Origin: Vicugna vicugna
Taxonomy: Eukaryota
Length of the DNA: 64,000 nucleotides
Assembly: GCA_013265495.1 (NCBI GenBank)
Contig: MU058718.1
Coordinates: 4,175,648 to 4,239,647 of the forward strand
Direction: 5' to 3'
Shown here: one piece after another, positions 47,866 through 60,258 of the stretch
Position numbering within the stretch: position 1 is the stretch's first letter
How the letters are laid out: every line of letters starts with the position of its first letter
Notes under the pieces: generated by a model
The model's input: only the letters and a program-made list of their open reading frames with translations
The model's database searches: none
What the model was told of the DNA's origin: nothing
Program-made: the position numbers and the translations under genes

Positions 47866-48744
47866 CCCCCACTGGCAGCACAGCAGTGGAGCCGTTCCCG
47901 TGAAGAGTTTTGATCTGGCCCATCTTGGGGGAACTTTTATGGCCAAGATTCCTAGGGTCCCCCAGTATCCATTCTTCCTTAGCAGTGGACCTCCCCAATA
48001 TTTAGTTGGCACACAAAGGGTGTCCTTCAGCCTCTCTTGCTGGTCATGTCTCTCTCTGTACAGTGATGTCAGCGAACCTGGTGTGTAGGGGTGGGAGGGA
48101 CGGGGGAGCAGCAGGGAGGAGGGACGATGCCCAAAGCTGCAGATGAGAAGGCGAGATAAAGATTTACTGGGTTCTAGACAACTTCCTGAAGGCTAAGTCC
48201 AGACTTCCCTTACAGGAGAAAGAAATAGATTTTGTTTTCAGCATTTGGGGGTGGAGGGGGGGTCATTACAAACTGAATCTAATTCTCACCAGCACAAGGG
48301 TAGGGCATGAGGCTGCTTTTCCCACTGAAGGTCTGAAGACTTCTGGAAGTGGAACACTTACCCCAAGAATGATTGTCCAAGTCACAGGAGGAGATCCAGA
48401 TCACAGCTCCCCACAGCCACTGCCATCAGCTCAAAGCAACTTCTGGAAGGATTCATACCAGGGATCCTTAGGGAGAAAAACCTCACTGTGGTCCAAAATT
48501 TCTGCAAGACCAGGGCAAGTCTCCTCTTTGAGAGTGTGTTTTGAAAACCACAGTGGAGACAGATGACATGGTCATGAGGGAGGGAGGGGAAGGTTTGAAT
48601 AAGCAGTAAGAAGGCAGCCTTTTACAGACTCCAGCCTCTCTGCCCGGGTTTCTCTGTTATTCTCTCCCCTCTGCCCCGTTTTTCTCTCCTTTTCCTGAAG
48701 AAACACATAGTCTTAATTGCTACAGAGTAGTGTATACCTCAGCC

Positions 48745-49230
48745 AGCTAGCATTCAGTTCTCTTTAAATTGAAAGTGGTATAAATTCTAATCAAATGGAC
48801 CTAAGCAAAAAAATCGTAATTCATCAGTTCATCTAACTGGGAAGACCAAGGGCTCCACACACAGCTGGACCCGGGTGCCTACACTTTTCCATCAGCTGTG
48901 CTTTCCTCCACAGGCCTCCCCCTCCCCAAGGGGAGGCAAGATGGCCCCAGGCGCCATAGGGTCACCTAGTTCCGGCCCAGCAAGCCCTGTGGAAAACCCG
49001 ACCATCGTTTCCAAATCATTTCAGTAAAAATCCTGGGACTACCTCTTCTTTAACTGACCTGGGCCTGGGCCTGTCTCTGAACACGCTGCTGACTGACTGG
49101 GCGGATGGTCTGTGTTGAGCCGGGCCACCGGGTCACATGTCAGTCCTGCGCCTCCGGGGGTCAGCCTCCCCAGGGAGTGGGGGCGGGGCAACACTCTCAG
49201 GAAAAATCTGGAGAAGGCTGTGCCACCGAA
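48745..49230 (-). mobile_element. Old MaLR LTR (MLT1K-like)
   Basis: ctaagcaaaaaa...gttcatctaactgggaagacca; ggcaagatggcccc; gggtcacatgtc. Confidence 0.55.
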
Positions 49231-50929
49231 AACACAAGTTTTCAAATCTGGTACATTCATGGGCACCTGGGTTTCATCTGTCCCGCCCAGGAGGCAAACC
49301 TGGTTTACTAATTTAAGTGCTCTTCATTAGAGAGAGACACCAGGAGAGACTCAGGAAGGGAAACTGTTGGGTGGAGGTGAAGGTAGGCATTTGTTTTTTT
49401 CCAAACTGAAAGCTAGGAGGGTGTGGCCACTTGTACTGCAGCAATGGCCTTGGAACTAGGTATAAGTCTGTCTTCTGAATCCTCATTGCTTGTTTGAAAT
49501 CATGGCCAAATCTCTCCCGACCCAAGAGCTGGAGGTAAAGAGCAGTTGATGAGGTGAGGGGCCTGTGCTGGATGTGCCCAAGGGGAGCCCCAGCTCCCAG
49601 CAGATCCGGCCCAGCCAGATGGCCAGGTAGGTCTCACTGCACTAGGTTTGGGGGGGGTGGGGGGGCGGGCTGTGCCGCTGTCAGCCCCACCCCCGCCCCC
49701 ACCCTCCTGCCTGGGGTTTGGAGGCCCCAGGGAAGTGCCTAGATGCCCCGCCCGAGGAAAAAGTTGGGGCCTCACCACCGGGATTGTCCCCTTTGTGTCT
49801 GAAAGTCGCCCCAGCCCAAGTTTATAGATATAAGGATTGGAAAGGCAACCTCTGTCCCCCTTCCCCGAGGAAGTCATCTCCATTGTCATCCTGTGTCACT
49901 GTCACCTTATGAAGCAGGCATTCTCTTGGCCGGCACTACTTGCTGAGGAGCAAGTAGAGGCTTTGATCTGCCCTTTGGGGGACTTGCATAAGGTCACAGG
50001 GATACTACATCACTCTTGACAACCACCCCCCAACCCCAAATAAAAATGTCCAAATCTGCCCTTAGGTCACCAGCACTGACACTGGTCCTCGTGGGAGAGT
50101 GGGAAATGGCCAGGGTGGTCTCTGCAGACCTCTGCGGTCTAGAGAACAGGGTCAGGGTCACTTACACACGTGCTCACCGGCCCTGGCTGCCCCTCCCACC
50201 TGCCCACTTGGGCTGGGCTGAGTGTGGCCCCTGGAGAGAGTAGGGACTGAGCCAAGCCAGAGAGACCCATCCCTAGAAAAAGACACCCCCTTCCCCTCCT
50301 CCCTGCCATCTTGGGCGCTTGGACACCTGCACTTAGAAACTGGATTGCAAATGTAAGCATTTCTGCAGTTTCTATGAATTGAGAATCGGGTCTTTGCATT
50401 TACAGCATAAGCTTTTCTTACACTATTTCCTAAAATTGCGATCATCTCCCAGAAAAATCAAGACTGTGGACCCTTCCAGGTCTAACCTGGAGGAGGGAAG
50501 ATATATTCTCAAGGAAGAAATAAAAAATAATCCTTGTTTTTAAAAATCGAAACCAGAGAGTCTCCCAACCTTTAAACTTCACAGACTAAGAGAATCTAAG
50601 CCGCAGGGTAGAACATAACAAACCATGCATGGTAACAAATATTAACGTTATTAAAACACAGAAGCAGCACCAGAAATTTGCTGAGGCCACCATTTAATTA
50701 ACCCAAGTTGAACATGTGGCTCTGGTTACATGTGGTTCCAGCCCAGAGGCATGAAAGCCAGCATCCGTGGGAGAGCCAAGAAGGAAAGCTGCCAGCCCAG
50801 ACCCTGGAGCCAGCGAGTGCCTTCCCCACGCCCCCCACCCCTCCCAACACCCCAGGTTCTGTGCCCCCACACTGGGGTGCATGCAACACCCAACCTTCTC
50901 TTCACTCCTGCACCCCACTCTTATGGCAC

Positions 50930-51040
50930 GGTCCTTACAAGATTGTGAGCTCCTTCAAAGCATGAATGTTGCCTTGTTCATTTTAGAATCTATGTGTGCT
51001 TGTGGAGAGAATGAATGAATGAAGGAATGAATGAATAAGC
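50930..51040 (+). mobile_element. L2 3' end with (GAAT)n tail
   Basis: agattgtgagctccttcaaagca...ttgttcatttt...gaatgaatgaatgaa. Confidence 0.7.
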
Positions 51041-52969
51041 AGAAATGAATAGAGGGATGCAAAGGGGAAGGGCAGCTCCAATCAGGAAAACCTGCTCTTT
51101 CTTAGAAAATTCTTGAACAATGTTGGCTGAACAAATGGTAATAAAGTGTCCTGAATTATTATTTAATTTACTAAGTTATTCGAAAAGGTGAAAAGATGAG
51201 TAGGTCTTACATTGGAAAGAGCAGAGATCCACTAAGTCCTTAAGCATTATAGGGTTTATTTTAAGGCCACACATAGATAAGGAAGTAAGGGCCATAGACC
51301 AAATGACAGATCTAATGGCAACCCAGGAGAAGCTACACAGAACCTGTGTGGAGCCGGACAGAGCCCCAGATGTAGTTTAGGAACCAAGAGGTCTTTCAAG
51401 ATCAAACAAAACCCTGAAAAACAGACACACCATCATCCTGCCAGCTGAGCAGCAAACTCCATCCATCCTTGCCTTCGTGCTTTGTCACTGGGGCAATTCA
51501 AGGACTCCTTCTCTGGCCCGGCTCTTCCTGCTTCTTATTTACATGTCTGCTGCTTCAGGACCTCACATGTCTGCTTTGTCTCTGTCTCCTTTACTAGCTA
51601 GTGTTCCCTCCAAGTCTCCTTGTCAAGTTTGCCAAGATAGAGGATCTCATTGGCGTCACTGGGCTGAGCCTTCACTGGCCGGCCACCCAGTAAGTGGGCA
51701 AGCTGCTTGGAGCAGGTGCAGCAGGGTGGCAGGGTCATGGGTATGATTGTGTGTGGGCAGAAGTTCTTCGCAGGGGTGTAGCAGGGCTCCTGAGGGCCAG
51801 AGCCTCCCATTCCTAATCATAGACATGGGATAATTAAAATGTGAGAAGGGGAGGGCAGAAATGACTTGGAGTAACGTGTTGAGTTTGTATGCTTTTGATA
51901 GTTCTGGTGTGTTTCTGACCATCATAGACATTATTTTTACTCTTGCAAAGTTGGTGAGCACACATCCCTAGGTTGCTGCCGATGCCGTGTGTGTGCTCCA
52001 CTTGGGTCAGAGAATCAACAAATGTGTTTAGCGTGCATTTCAAGCTGATGGTGGATTGTTAGGGAATGTAGAGGCAGAGGAACATGAGCCTTGACAGAGA
52101 TGGTAAATATGGGCCAATGATTTCATTTATTTTAAGAGAGAATGTAGAAGGTGACAAAGCTGGTTTATAAAGGATATAAGAACGAAGATTTGGTGCACAC
52201 AGAGAACAAAAAGGAATGCTGAAGCCAGACTGCAAAGTTAGATACAGAACTGGTTAATGTCCAACAGGGCAACAAACTATAACCTTTGGGGTTATTTTTT
52301 TTATACCAGATAGATATCATTTGCATCTCTACTGAACAGAAAAGCCATTTACATTTTAACAGTTTCTGTACAGTCTATCTAATTTTACAGCATTATGCAT
52401 GTCTGGACTCTAATTAATAGTAAATAGTAAGTCAGAGTTACCTTCCAGAGAGCCAGATGTCCCCAGATGGGCTCATTAGACCTTGCTTTCATTTCATACT
52501 GAAAGGTCTTTTTGTTCCCCCTCCCCCAGCAAGTATTAATAATTCTTAACAGGGAGAAAAATCAACATTTTGCTTCAATGGGTATTAAAGAAGGAGAAAT
52601 GATAGTGAATTGGGTGGCCTAATGCCCAAGGTGTGGGGCACCAGTGCTCTCTGCCTCGGTTGGCAGCTCTCCAGCTGCGTGGCCTTAAATGTGATCTCAC
52701 TTTGGGCGTCCTAGTCTATCAAATGGGGCTATATGACTGAACACTTGGCAGGACTTTGCCCCAGAGGTCATTTTTGAAATTAAAAAAATTTAAATATAAA
52801 ATGCAGCACCACCCCATCACCCACACTAATCCTGAGAGAGAAAGAGGAAGGGGAGAACAGGCACAGAAGCTATCTACGTGCAAAGGTTCCAGGCTGGGAG
52901 AGGATCACTCTGACGGCTCCAGAAAACACCACCCAATCATGCATATTTACAAGAGGGTGAGGCGAGCAG

Positions 52970-53960
52970 AAATGGGACGAGAGCTGCAAGGAGCAAATTT
53001 ACAGGCGTTGCTTCTTTCGCTGTGTGTAGGACAGGAGGCTGATGGCGATCACACTTCTCCGTCCGGAGTCAGATTGCTCGCTGATCCTCCCGGTGCGGGA
53101 GTGGAGGCTGTTGGGCCACTGGCTCCCCGGGCAGAATCGCCTGCATCTCTCCGGAGGGCCCAGCCCCGTGGCTCCTCCCGCCAGGGGCAGCGGTGCGCCC
53201 CGGAAACCCCCCAGCTCGGCGGGGATCCACCTGCCAGCCCCGAGGAGGACCCGCCGCCTCGTGGGCACAGGGCCAGAATCCCCCGGGGGTGACTATGGAT
53301 GAGCCACCCTTGTTTTGGGAAACACACACTCTGCAGTTTCAGGCAGCGCCCGTTGCCATGGGCGTTTTCTGTTTTGACCGAATCAGGGACAGACCGCATC
53401 CCCTGACTCTGAGCTGCAGAGTGTGGACGTTGGTGTCTGCTGCTTTACCCCGGAAGGTTGGAGGGCTGCACCCGCCCTTCTCACGTCTCAGGCCACCTGA
53501 CCTTGGCTAAGCGCCAGGTGTTTCCGCTTAGGCTTGGGCCGTGAGGCGCCCTTTCCCTGCCAAGTGATGTGAGGTGAAAGGATTTTCAGGCAGATAAGCC
53601 CCTTCCTCTTTATCCTCCAGGGACCACTTGAACACTTTTTTCATCTCCAGAGTAGATGGAGCTGTGGAGCCCTGCTCTACCTGCTTCTACCTGAGACCCA
53701 CAAAAGGCCAAGACTGAGCTCTGCCCAGTAGCGCCATGCAGGCATCCCAACAAGAGGAAGCAAGGAACCAGGGGACCTAGAAGACAGCCACGAGGTGTTT
53801 GAACCCGCAGAGAGGGGTTGGAAACTCAGTGCTGAGCACTTGTCCAATGGCTGCTTGTCAGTGGGGTGGGGAGTGCTGAGGCCTTTGGGGCAGACTGTTC
53901 CGGGCTTAGTGAGGCGGGGCGCGTCGCCGGAAGTGCAGCATCACTCCCCGCCTCCCTCCT
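52970..53960. promoter_or_regulatory. CpG-rich promoter-like region
   Basis: High CpG 53040-53560; RFX X-box-like GTTGCCATGG 53352-53361; GC box GAGGCGGGGC 53911-53920; ETS CCGGAAGTG 53927-53935. Confidence 0.45.
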
Positions 53961-54052
53961 GTAGTCCCTGTCTTTGTGACAACCCAAAATGCCACTGCCT
54001 AGGTCCAAATACTCCTTGGAGATTGATTATACCTCGTGGATTGAAAACCACT
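53960..54052. mobile_element. MER20-like hAT terminal fragment
   Basis: ttgtgacaacccaaaatgcc...ccaaata...ttgaaaaccact. Confidence 0.55.
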
Positions 54053-54055
54053 TTT

Positions 54056-55331
54056 TTTTAAATTGAGTTATAGTCAGTTTACAATGTTGTGTCAATTTCC
54101 AGTGTAGAGCACATTTTTTCAGTTATACATGAACATACATATATTCATTGTGACGTTACTTTTCACCGTGAGCTACCACAAGATCTTGTATATATTTCCC
54201 TGTGCTACACAGTATAATCTTATTTATCTATTCTATATGTACCTGTCAGTATCTACAAATTTCGAACTCCTAGTCTGTCCCTTCCCACCCCCTCCCCAGT
54301 GGCAACAACAAGTTTGTATTCTATGTCTATGAGTCTGTTGCTGTTTTATATTTATGTTCATTTGTCTTTTTCTTTCTTTTTTTTAGATTCCACATATGAG
54401 CGATCTTATATGGTATTTTTCTTTCTCTTTCTGGCTTACTTCACTTAGAATGACATTCTCCAGGGACATCCATGTTACTGCAAATGGGGCATTATGTTGT
54501 CATTTTTTTTTAAATATTAATTCATCTTTTATTCTATACATTTATGGTTTCATGACTAATATGTTGTCATTTTTATTGCTGAATAGTATTCCATTGTATA
54601 AATATACCACGTCTTCTTTATCCAGTCATCTGTCGATGGACATTTAGCCTGTTTCCATGTCTTGGCTATTGTAAATAGTGCTGCTATCAACATTGGGGTG
54701 CAGGTATCTTTTTGAAGTAGGGATCCTTCTGGATATATGCCCAGGAGTGGGATTACTGGGTCATATGGTAAGTCTATTTTCAGTCTTTTGAGGAATCTCC
54801 ATACTGTTTTCCACAATGGCTGCACCAAACTGCATTCCCACCAGCAGTGTAGGAGGGTTCCCTTTTCTCCACAGCCTCTCCAGCATTTATTGTTTGTGGA
54901 CTTTTGAATGATGACCGTTCTGACTGGTGTGAGGTGATACCTCATTGTAGTTTTGATTTGCCTTTCTCTGATGATTAGTGATATTGAGCATTTTTTCATG
55001 TGCCTATTGATCATTCATATGTCTTCATTGGAGAATTGCTTGTTTAGGTCTTCTGCCCATTTTGGGGTTGGGTTGTTTGTTTTTTTCTTATTAAGTCATG
55101 TGAGCTGTTTATATATTCAGGAGATCAAGCCTTTGTCAGTTTCATCTTTTGCAAAACTTTCTCCCATTCCATAGGTTGTCGTTTTGTTTTGCTATGATTT
55201 CCTTTGCTGTGCAAAAGCTTGTAAGTTTAATTCGGTCCCATTTGTTTATTCTTGCTTTTATTTCTATTGCTTGGGTAGACTGCTGTAGGAGAACATTGCT
55301 GAGATGTATGTGAGATAATGTTTTGCCTATG
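54056..55331 (-). mobile_element. Relatively young 5'-truncated L1 (ORF2 C-terminus plus 3'UTR)
   Basis: ORF 54556-55014 encodes the ORF2p C-terminus with [18 protein letters not shown] cysteine-rich motif; perfect 13-bp TSD GAAAACCACTTTT (54043-54055, 55332-55344). Confidence 0.97.
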
Positions 55332-55348
55332 GAAAACCACTTTTAAAT

Positions 55349-55614
55349 CATTTCCTAAAGTATATTCCAAAAGTCATCAGTTAGTTCCTTGAGATGTCAG
55401 TAGGTATGATATGAAAAGAGTCTCTGGTCATTATCATGCTGGGCTTGGGAAATCGAGGGTTAAAAAAGGGGATCAGAATTTCTTTACTGCAGGACTTCTC
55501 AGAAACTTTAATATAGTAATAGGTGTTTTGAATGATCAAGATTCCCCAATCTAATTGACAGTGGAATTCTTTCTCTTTGGGACTCCCTTTTGATGGACCC
55601 ACCTTGGACAACTC
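55349..55614. mobile_element. MER112-like hAT element
   Basis: tttctttactgcaggacttctcagaaactttaatata core. Confidence 0.7.
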
Positions 55615-58600
55615 TTAACTACCCTCTAGGGACTTGTGTGTCCTCCTCACTGTGCAGCACAGATACGAGGACTCAGAAGATCCTTATGCTTCTACTGAAT
55701 TGAACACCTTCAGAATTCTGGCAAACCAGAATGTGTGAAGCTACCAGGAAGGAGGCCAAAGTGTTCAGACACCACAGCAAAGATGACCTCACAAAGAAAC
55801 TAGTGTGGTGGGGCTCCCCGAGCACTCAAGGGGACGTATCCTGCCTGGGACGGAGCAGGCCTCCGGGCGTGTTTGGCTGGCATGGTTCAGGAAAACTAAA
55901 ATAGCTCGAGGAGGTTGGAAGAGAAGTACCTGTGGCTGAGATTGTTCAAATGCTGACAGATGGACTGGAGGGCTCCTCTCCAGCTGGCCTGGCAGCCTCT
56001 GCGTGGAAAGCCTTGCCTGGGAGATGGGTCCCGGCCACTCTGGTGAGATGCTGGAAATCTAAGCCCAGCAGATATAATGGCAGTGAGTCACAGTAAACCG
56101 ACAGCCATCAGGTGCTCAGGAGGGAAACTGAAGCCAGGAGACTCGCTGAGCTGAGCGAGAAGCAGGACCATCCTGTTGTGCAAAACACAAGGAGCAGAGT
56201 GTTTAGATCCAAGGATCAGGTTTCTCATCAGGGAAGCCCGAGCTGTGCACTGGGCCTTAGGCTCTGCTCCAAGGTCGAGGGACAAAAACCTGCCTGTTTC
56301 TGTCGGGGCTTGGGCAGGGGACCAGGGCCAGCAGGATCTGCTGCTTCCCAGGCAAAACTGGGTGAGCAGCCCAGAGCCCAACGGGGTGGGAAATCTGGGT
56401 GCTGCTTTCCAAGGGTGCTCTGTGCTAGTGAAACTTCTCTCTGAGCAGTTACAGGCTGTTGGCTCCTAAGTGTTTCCAGTTTAACTGGATTGGCCTGTGC
56501 CCACAGCCCTGTGTCCAAAATTTCAGCTCTAAAGAAAGAAGAGAAAGGAACAGGTAGGCAGTCCCCACTTCTCCAGGGCTGGTGGGCTCCAAGTGTCCTG
56601 CCCCTCCCTTGAGGCAATTGGGCTTCAAATATATGATATGGATGCAGAAACCATGGAGTTTCTGATGACTATAAAAAGAAAAATACAAAACTGGTCTTCA
56701 TTTATCAATCTTGGGCTGCAAAGGAAGGCAGAGAAGTCAGTTATAAGCTTGGTGATCTGTCTTCCTCAGTCTGTTCCAATGATACTAAACCTTAATTGGC
56801 ATTTAATCTATTTCCACATGCCCAGAAAATTTAGACCCATGAAGAAGTCAACCACAGTTTCTGAGCAACTCCTCAATCGTGTTCTACATAAAATGTATTT
56901 GACATAAATTATTACCATGACTGGGATGCAGAATTAGAGTTATGATATTTCATTTGTATTTTTTTGTGACTTGATCAAGTTACCCACTTTCCTATAAAAT
57001 TCCTATACTGTCTGCAAGAGATTTAAAGCATTGTGTGAAGTAGTAAAAGGCCAAGATGCATTGGGGGAAAAAAAGGAGTAGCTGGGTTTTTTGTTGTTAC
57101 TTCCTTTGTTTTATTTTGGGTTTTTTTGGTTTTGTTTTTTTTTCCTGGGCAACTTTTTTTGCTCACAGGTCACAGTCAAGCTTATTAAACTTGGATGACA
57201 GTAAGCCAGTGACTAACTGGATAATTAAAGCCACAAGTCAGGAGGCCTGGGCGGGCCCCTCCTCTGGAACCTCCAGTGGCCTGTTCCACATGCTGAAGCC
57301 TCTCACTCTCCCCACAGCAGAAACACTTTTGTGAATCGAAAACCCTCTGCGGTGAGCTCCACCTCCTCTCAAGGTCACTTCTCTGCTTGTCCGTTGCTTC
57401 ATCCCCACCACGCCACCATCCCTGTCCACTGCAAGGACGGAGGAATCTAACCACAGTCCCCCTACGGCTGCCCCGACGGGAACATGACAGAAGATTTCCA
57501 ACGAAAACCAAAGTTACTCAGCAGCGCTTCCTGTCAGGCTGACGTGCCGGAGGGCCTGGCGTGCCTCCCTGGGCTCTTCCTGTCCTGCACAGCTTCTCTG
57601 CTTCAGGCACTGGGGAGCCTCCCCGCTTCCAGGGGAGAGTGGACAAGAGAACTTCAAAGCAGACAAGGCTGAGAGGACCTTGGCTTGCTTCAAAGACTGT
57701 CTCTTTCCAGTCTGGAGCTCTTAGCAAATGTCTCTTCCCCGTTTCTGAAACAAAATGAGTAGCTGCTGAAGTTTACCAGGTCCCCAAAGGCATGTCTGTG
57801 TTTCTCCCTCTAACCTGGGGCCTCTGGGCCTGCACGGGAAGTCCCCTAACGTCCCCGGCAGGGATGCTCTCTGCGGTTTGCACCTCTCTGATGCCTCTCT
57901 CCGGCTGGCCTTCTAGCTACCCCTGCCACCTTCCTCTTGTCCACCTGCCCTCTGTCCCTCCTGCTTCCCTGTCTTAAGCAGCAGCGCGTCTTCCACTGAG
58001 GAGACGTGGGTGGACGAGGAGTTGCAGCTCGGGGATGGCAAGGAAGGCTCTATGATTTTTGATTTTCTTAAAAAAAAATTAAAGAAGTCACTCTCACTTC
58101 TCAAGAGGCTGCGTGTGCAAGTGTTTAGGCCACATGCGTGTTGAGAAATTGCACATATATCGCCTATTATCTCGTATCACCAAGAACTGATGTCACCAAA
58201 CCTCTTGTCTCACCCACCATCTTATCATCTGAGTTTAGCAGAGTGAGGCACAGCGAACCAGACAAGCCTTCAGGAGACTTGCAGACCAATGAGGGCATTT
58301 GAGGCAAAGAAATCCTATGGAGTTCTAAACCAAAATGCAAAGCTGGTCCTGCCATGAAGTAGCCCCAAGCCTCAGACCTGCTCTCTCTGGAGTTCAGGGC
58401 CCTTGAAGATGCTCAGCTTGGCGTCTCTGCTGTGGCTGGACTTCCTGGCCGGCCAGGCCCAAGGGGGCAGAGGAGGAAACGCTGTGGGTGAGCTGGGTGA
58501 GGCGGAGGAGCATGCACCAGGGTGACTGCAGGGCAGTAGCTTAGGACAGAAGACACCACGGCGGGGACCACCCCCCACCCCCTGCAGAAGCGGCTTTCTG

Positions 58601-59486
58601 GCCCCTACATCTCCCAAACACACTTTCCAACTAAAACATAGTCGTTGTGAGTAACTCTGAGAGCAGACCCACACCTGTGTGTACGTATATACCTGTGTGT
58701 ATGTCCTGCCAGATTTCTTTGTTCCTGGGGAGAAACACAAGCTACAAATATCACAAGCCTTTTCAGTGCTGAATTATTACTGCTTTAAAAGTCAAAGAAA
58801 AAAAGTGCAGTCAAGCCATCTACGAACAGATCAATTTAAGTGAGAACAGCACGAGTTGCTGCCAATTGTTTCTGCTGGGTTCTCCAGAAGGGGATGATGT
58901 GCAGGCGTGAGGGTGAGGACAACCACCGATTTGGCGAAGGGTCAGTGGTCTGTTTGTTTGTTTTTAAATATTGAAGCCCTCTGAGTTATACATGGATCCC
59001 TTACATGAAATAATACCAGATAGTAGCATTATAGGGGTGGAAAGAATTAACCACTTCCGGGAAAGTAATGACTATTTCATTTTATTCTACTTTTCTAGAA
59101 TTAGTTTAGAATTCACTTCCAAGTAAACTTTTCCCTGGCAGTCCTTGAGTTTACTGATCCCAAGAAGGGGCCCAAGGGCAAGGATCCCCTGGGATATTCT
59201 GTGAGCAATGGGGTCAAGTCCCTGTCCCCCAGGCCATCTGTTGCCAACAAGCCAGGGCACCAGACCTGGAGGGCTGCATGTTGGTCACGATGAGCCATCT
59301 GGTTGCCTGGAGGAAGGAGCCCATGGGAGCGGGTGTCTGGGATGTTACTGACATTCCCACCGACCTTTGCCAAGGAGCCGGTTTGGTTTTATGGCTCAGC
59401 CTGGTGGTATGAATACATCCTCTTGGTCCAGGATACTTGTGGGGATCAGGCTTTAAATCTGCAACTTCCAAATTGAATATTTTCTT

Positions 59487-60258
59487 ATAATTATGTATTT
59501 TTTCAGTTGAAATATAGTTTATTTATAGTATTACTTTCATGTGTACAGCATAGTGATTTGGGGTGGATTTTTTCTTTGCAGATTATATTCCATTTTTGTT
59601 ATTACAGGATATTGGGTACAATTCCCTGTGCTTTACAGTAAATCCTTCTTGCTTATCTATTTTATGTATAGTAGTTTGTATCTGTTAATCCCATACCCCT
59701 AATTTCTCCCTCCCTCCCTCCCTCCTTTTCCCATTTGGTATACCATAAGTTTGTTTTCTGCCTGTGAGTCTGCTTCTGTTTTGTATATAAATTCATTTAT
59801 TTTTTGTATTCGACATACATGAGATACCATATAGTGTTTGTCTTTCTTTGACTTACTTCACTAAACATAATATTCTCTAGTCCCATATTTCATTCTTTTT
59901 TATGGCTAAGTAATATTCCATTATGCATGTATATGTGTGTGTCATATCTTCTTAAATCAATCATCTGTTAATGGACACTTGGGTTGCTTCTGTCTTGGCT
60001 ACTGTAAACAGTGCTACTATAAACATTAGGGTGCACGTATCTTTTCAAATTAGTGTTCTCATTTTTTCTGGATATATACCCAGAAGTGGGATTTCTGGAT
60101 CATATGATAGATCTATTTTTAGTTTTTTAAGGAACCTCCATGCTGTCTTCCACAGTGGCTGCACCAACTTACATTCCCACCAGCAGTGAGAAGGGTTCCC
60201 TTTTCTCCACACCCTCTCCAGCATTTATTATTTGTAGACTTTTGGGTGATGGCCACAG
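59487..60258 (-). mobile_element. 5'-truncated L1
   Basis: Antisense 3'UTR plus ORF2 end (aggaacctccatgctgtcttccacagtggctgcaccaac); TSD attgaata(tt/cc)ttctt (59472-59486, 60259-60273). Confidence 0.93.

Noticed and set aside
52756..53292. 178-aa plus ORF through the CpG region
   Set aside because: GC-rich, stop-poor sequence with overlapping ORFs in several frames; no homology recognised.
5542..56090. Window-wide AP-1 motif enrichment
   Set aside because: About ten TGA(C/G)TCA sites seen by eye versus roughly eight expected by chance in 64 kb.
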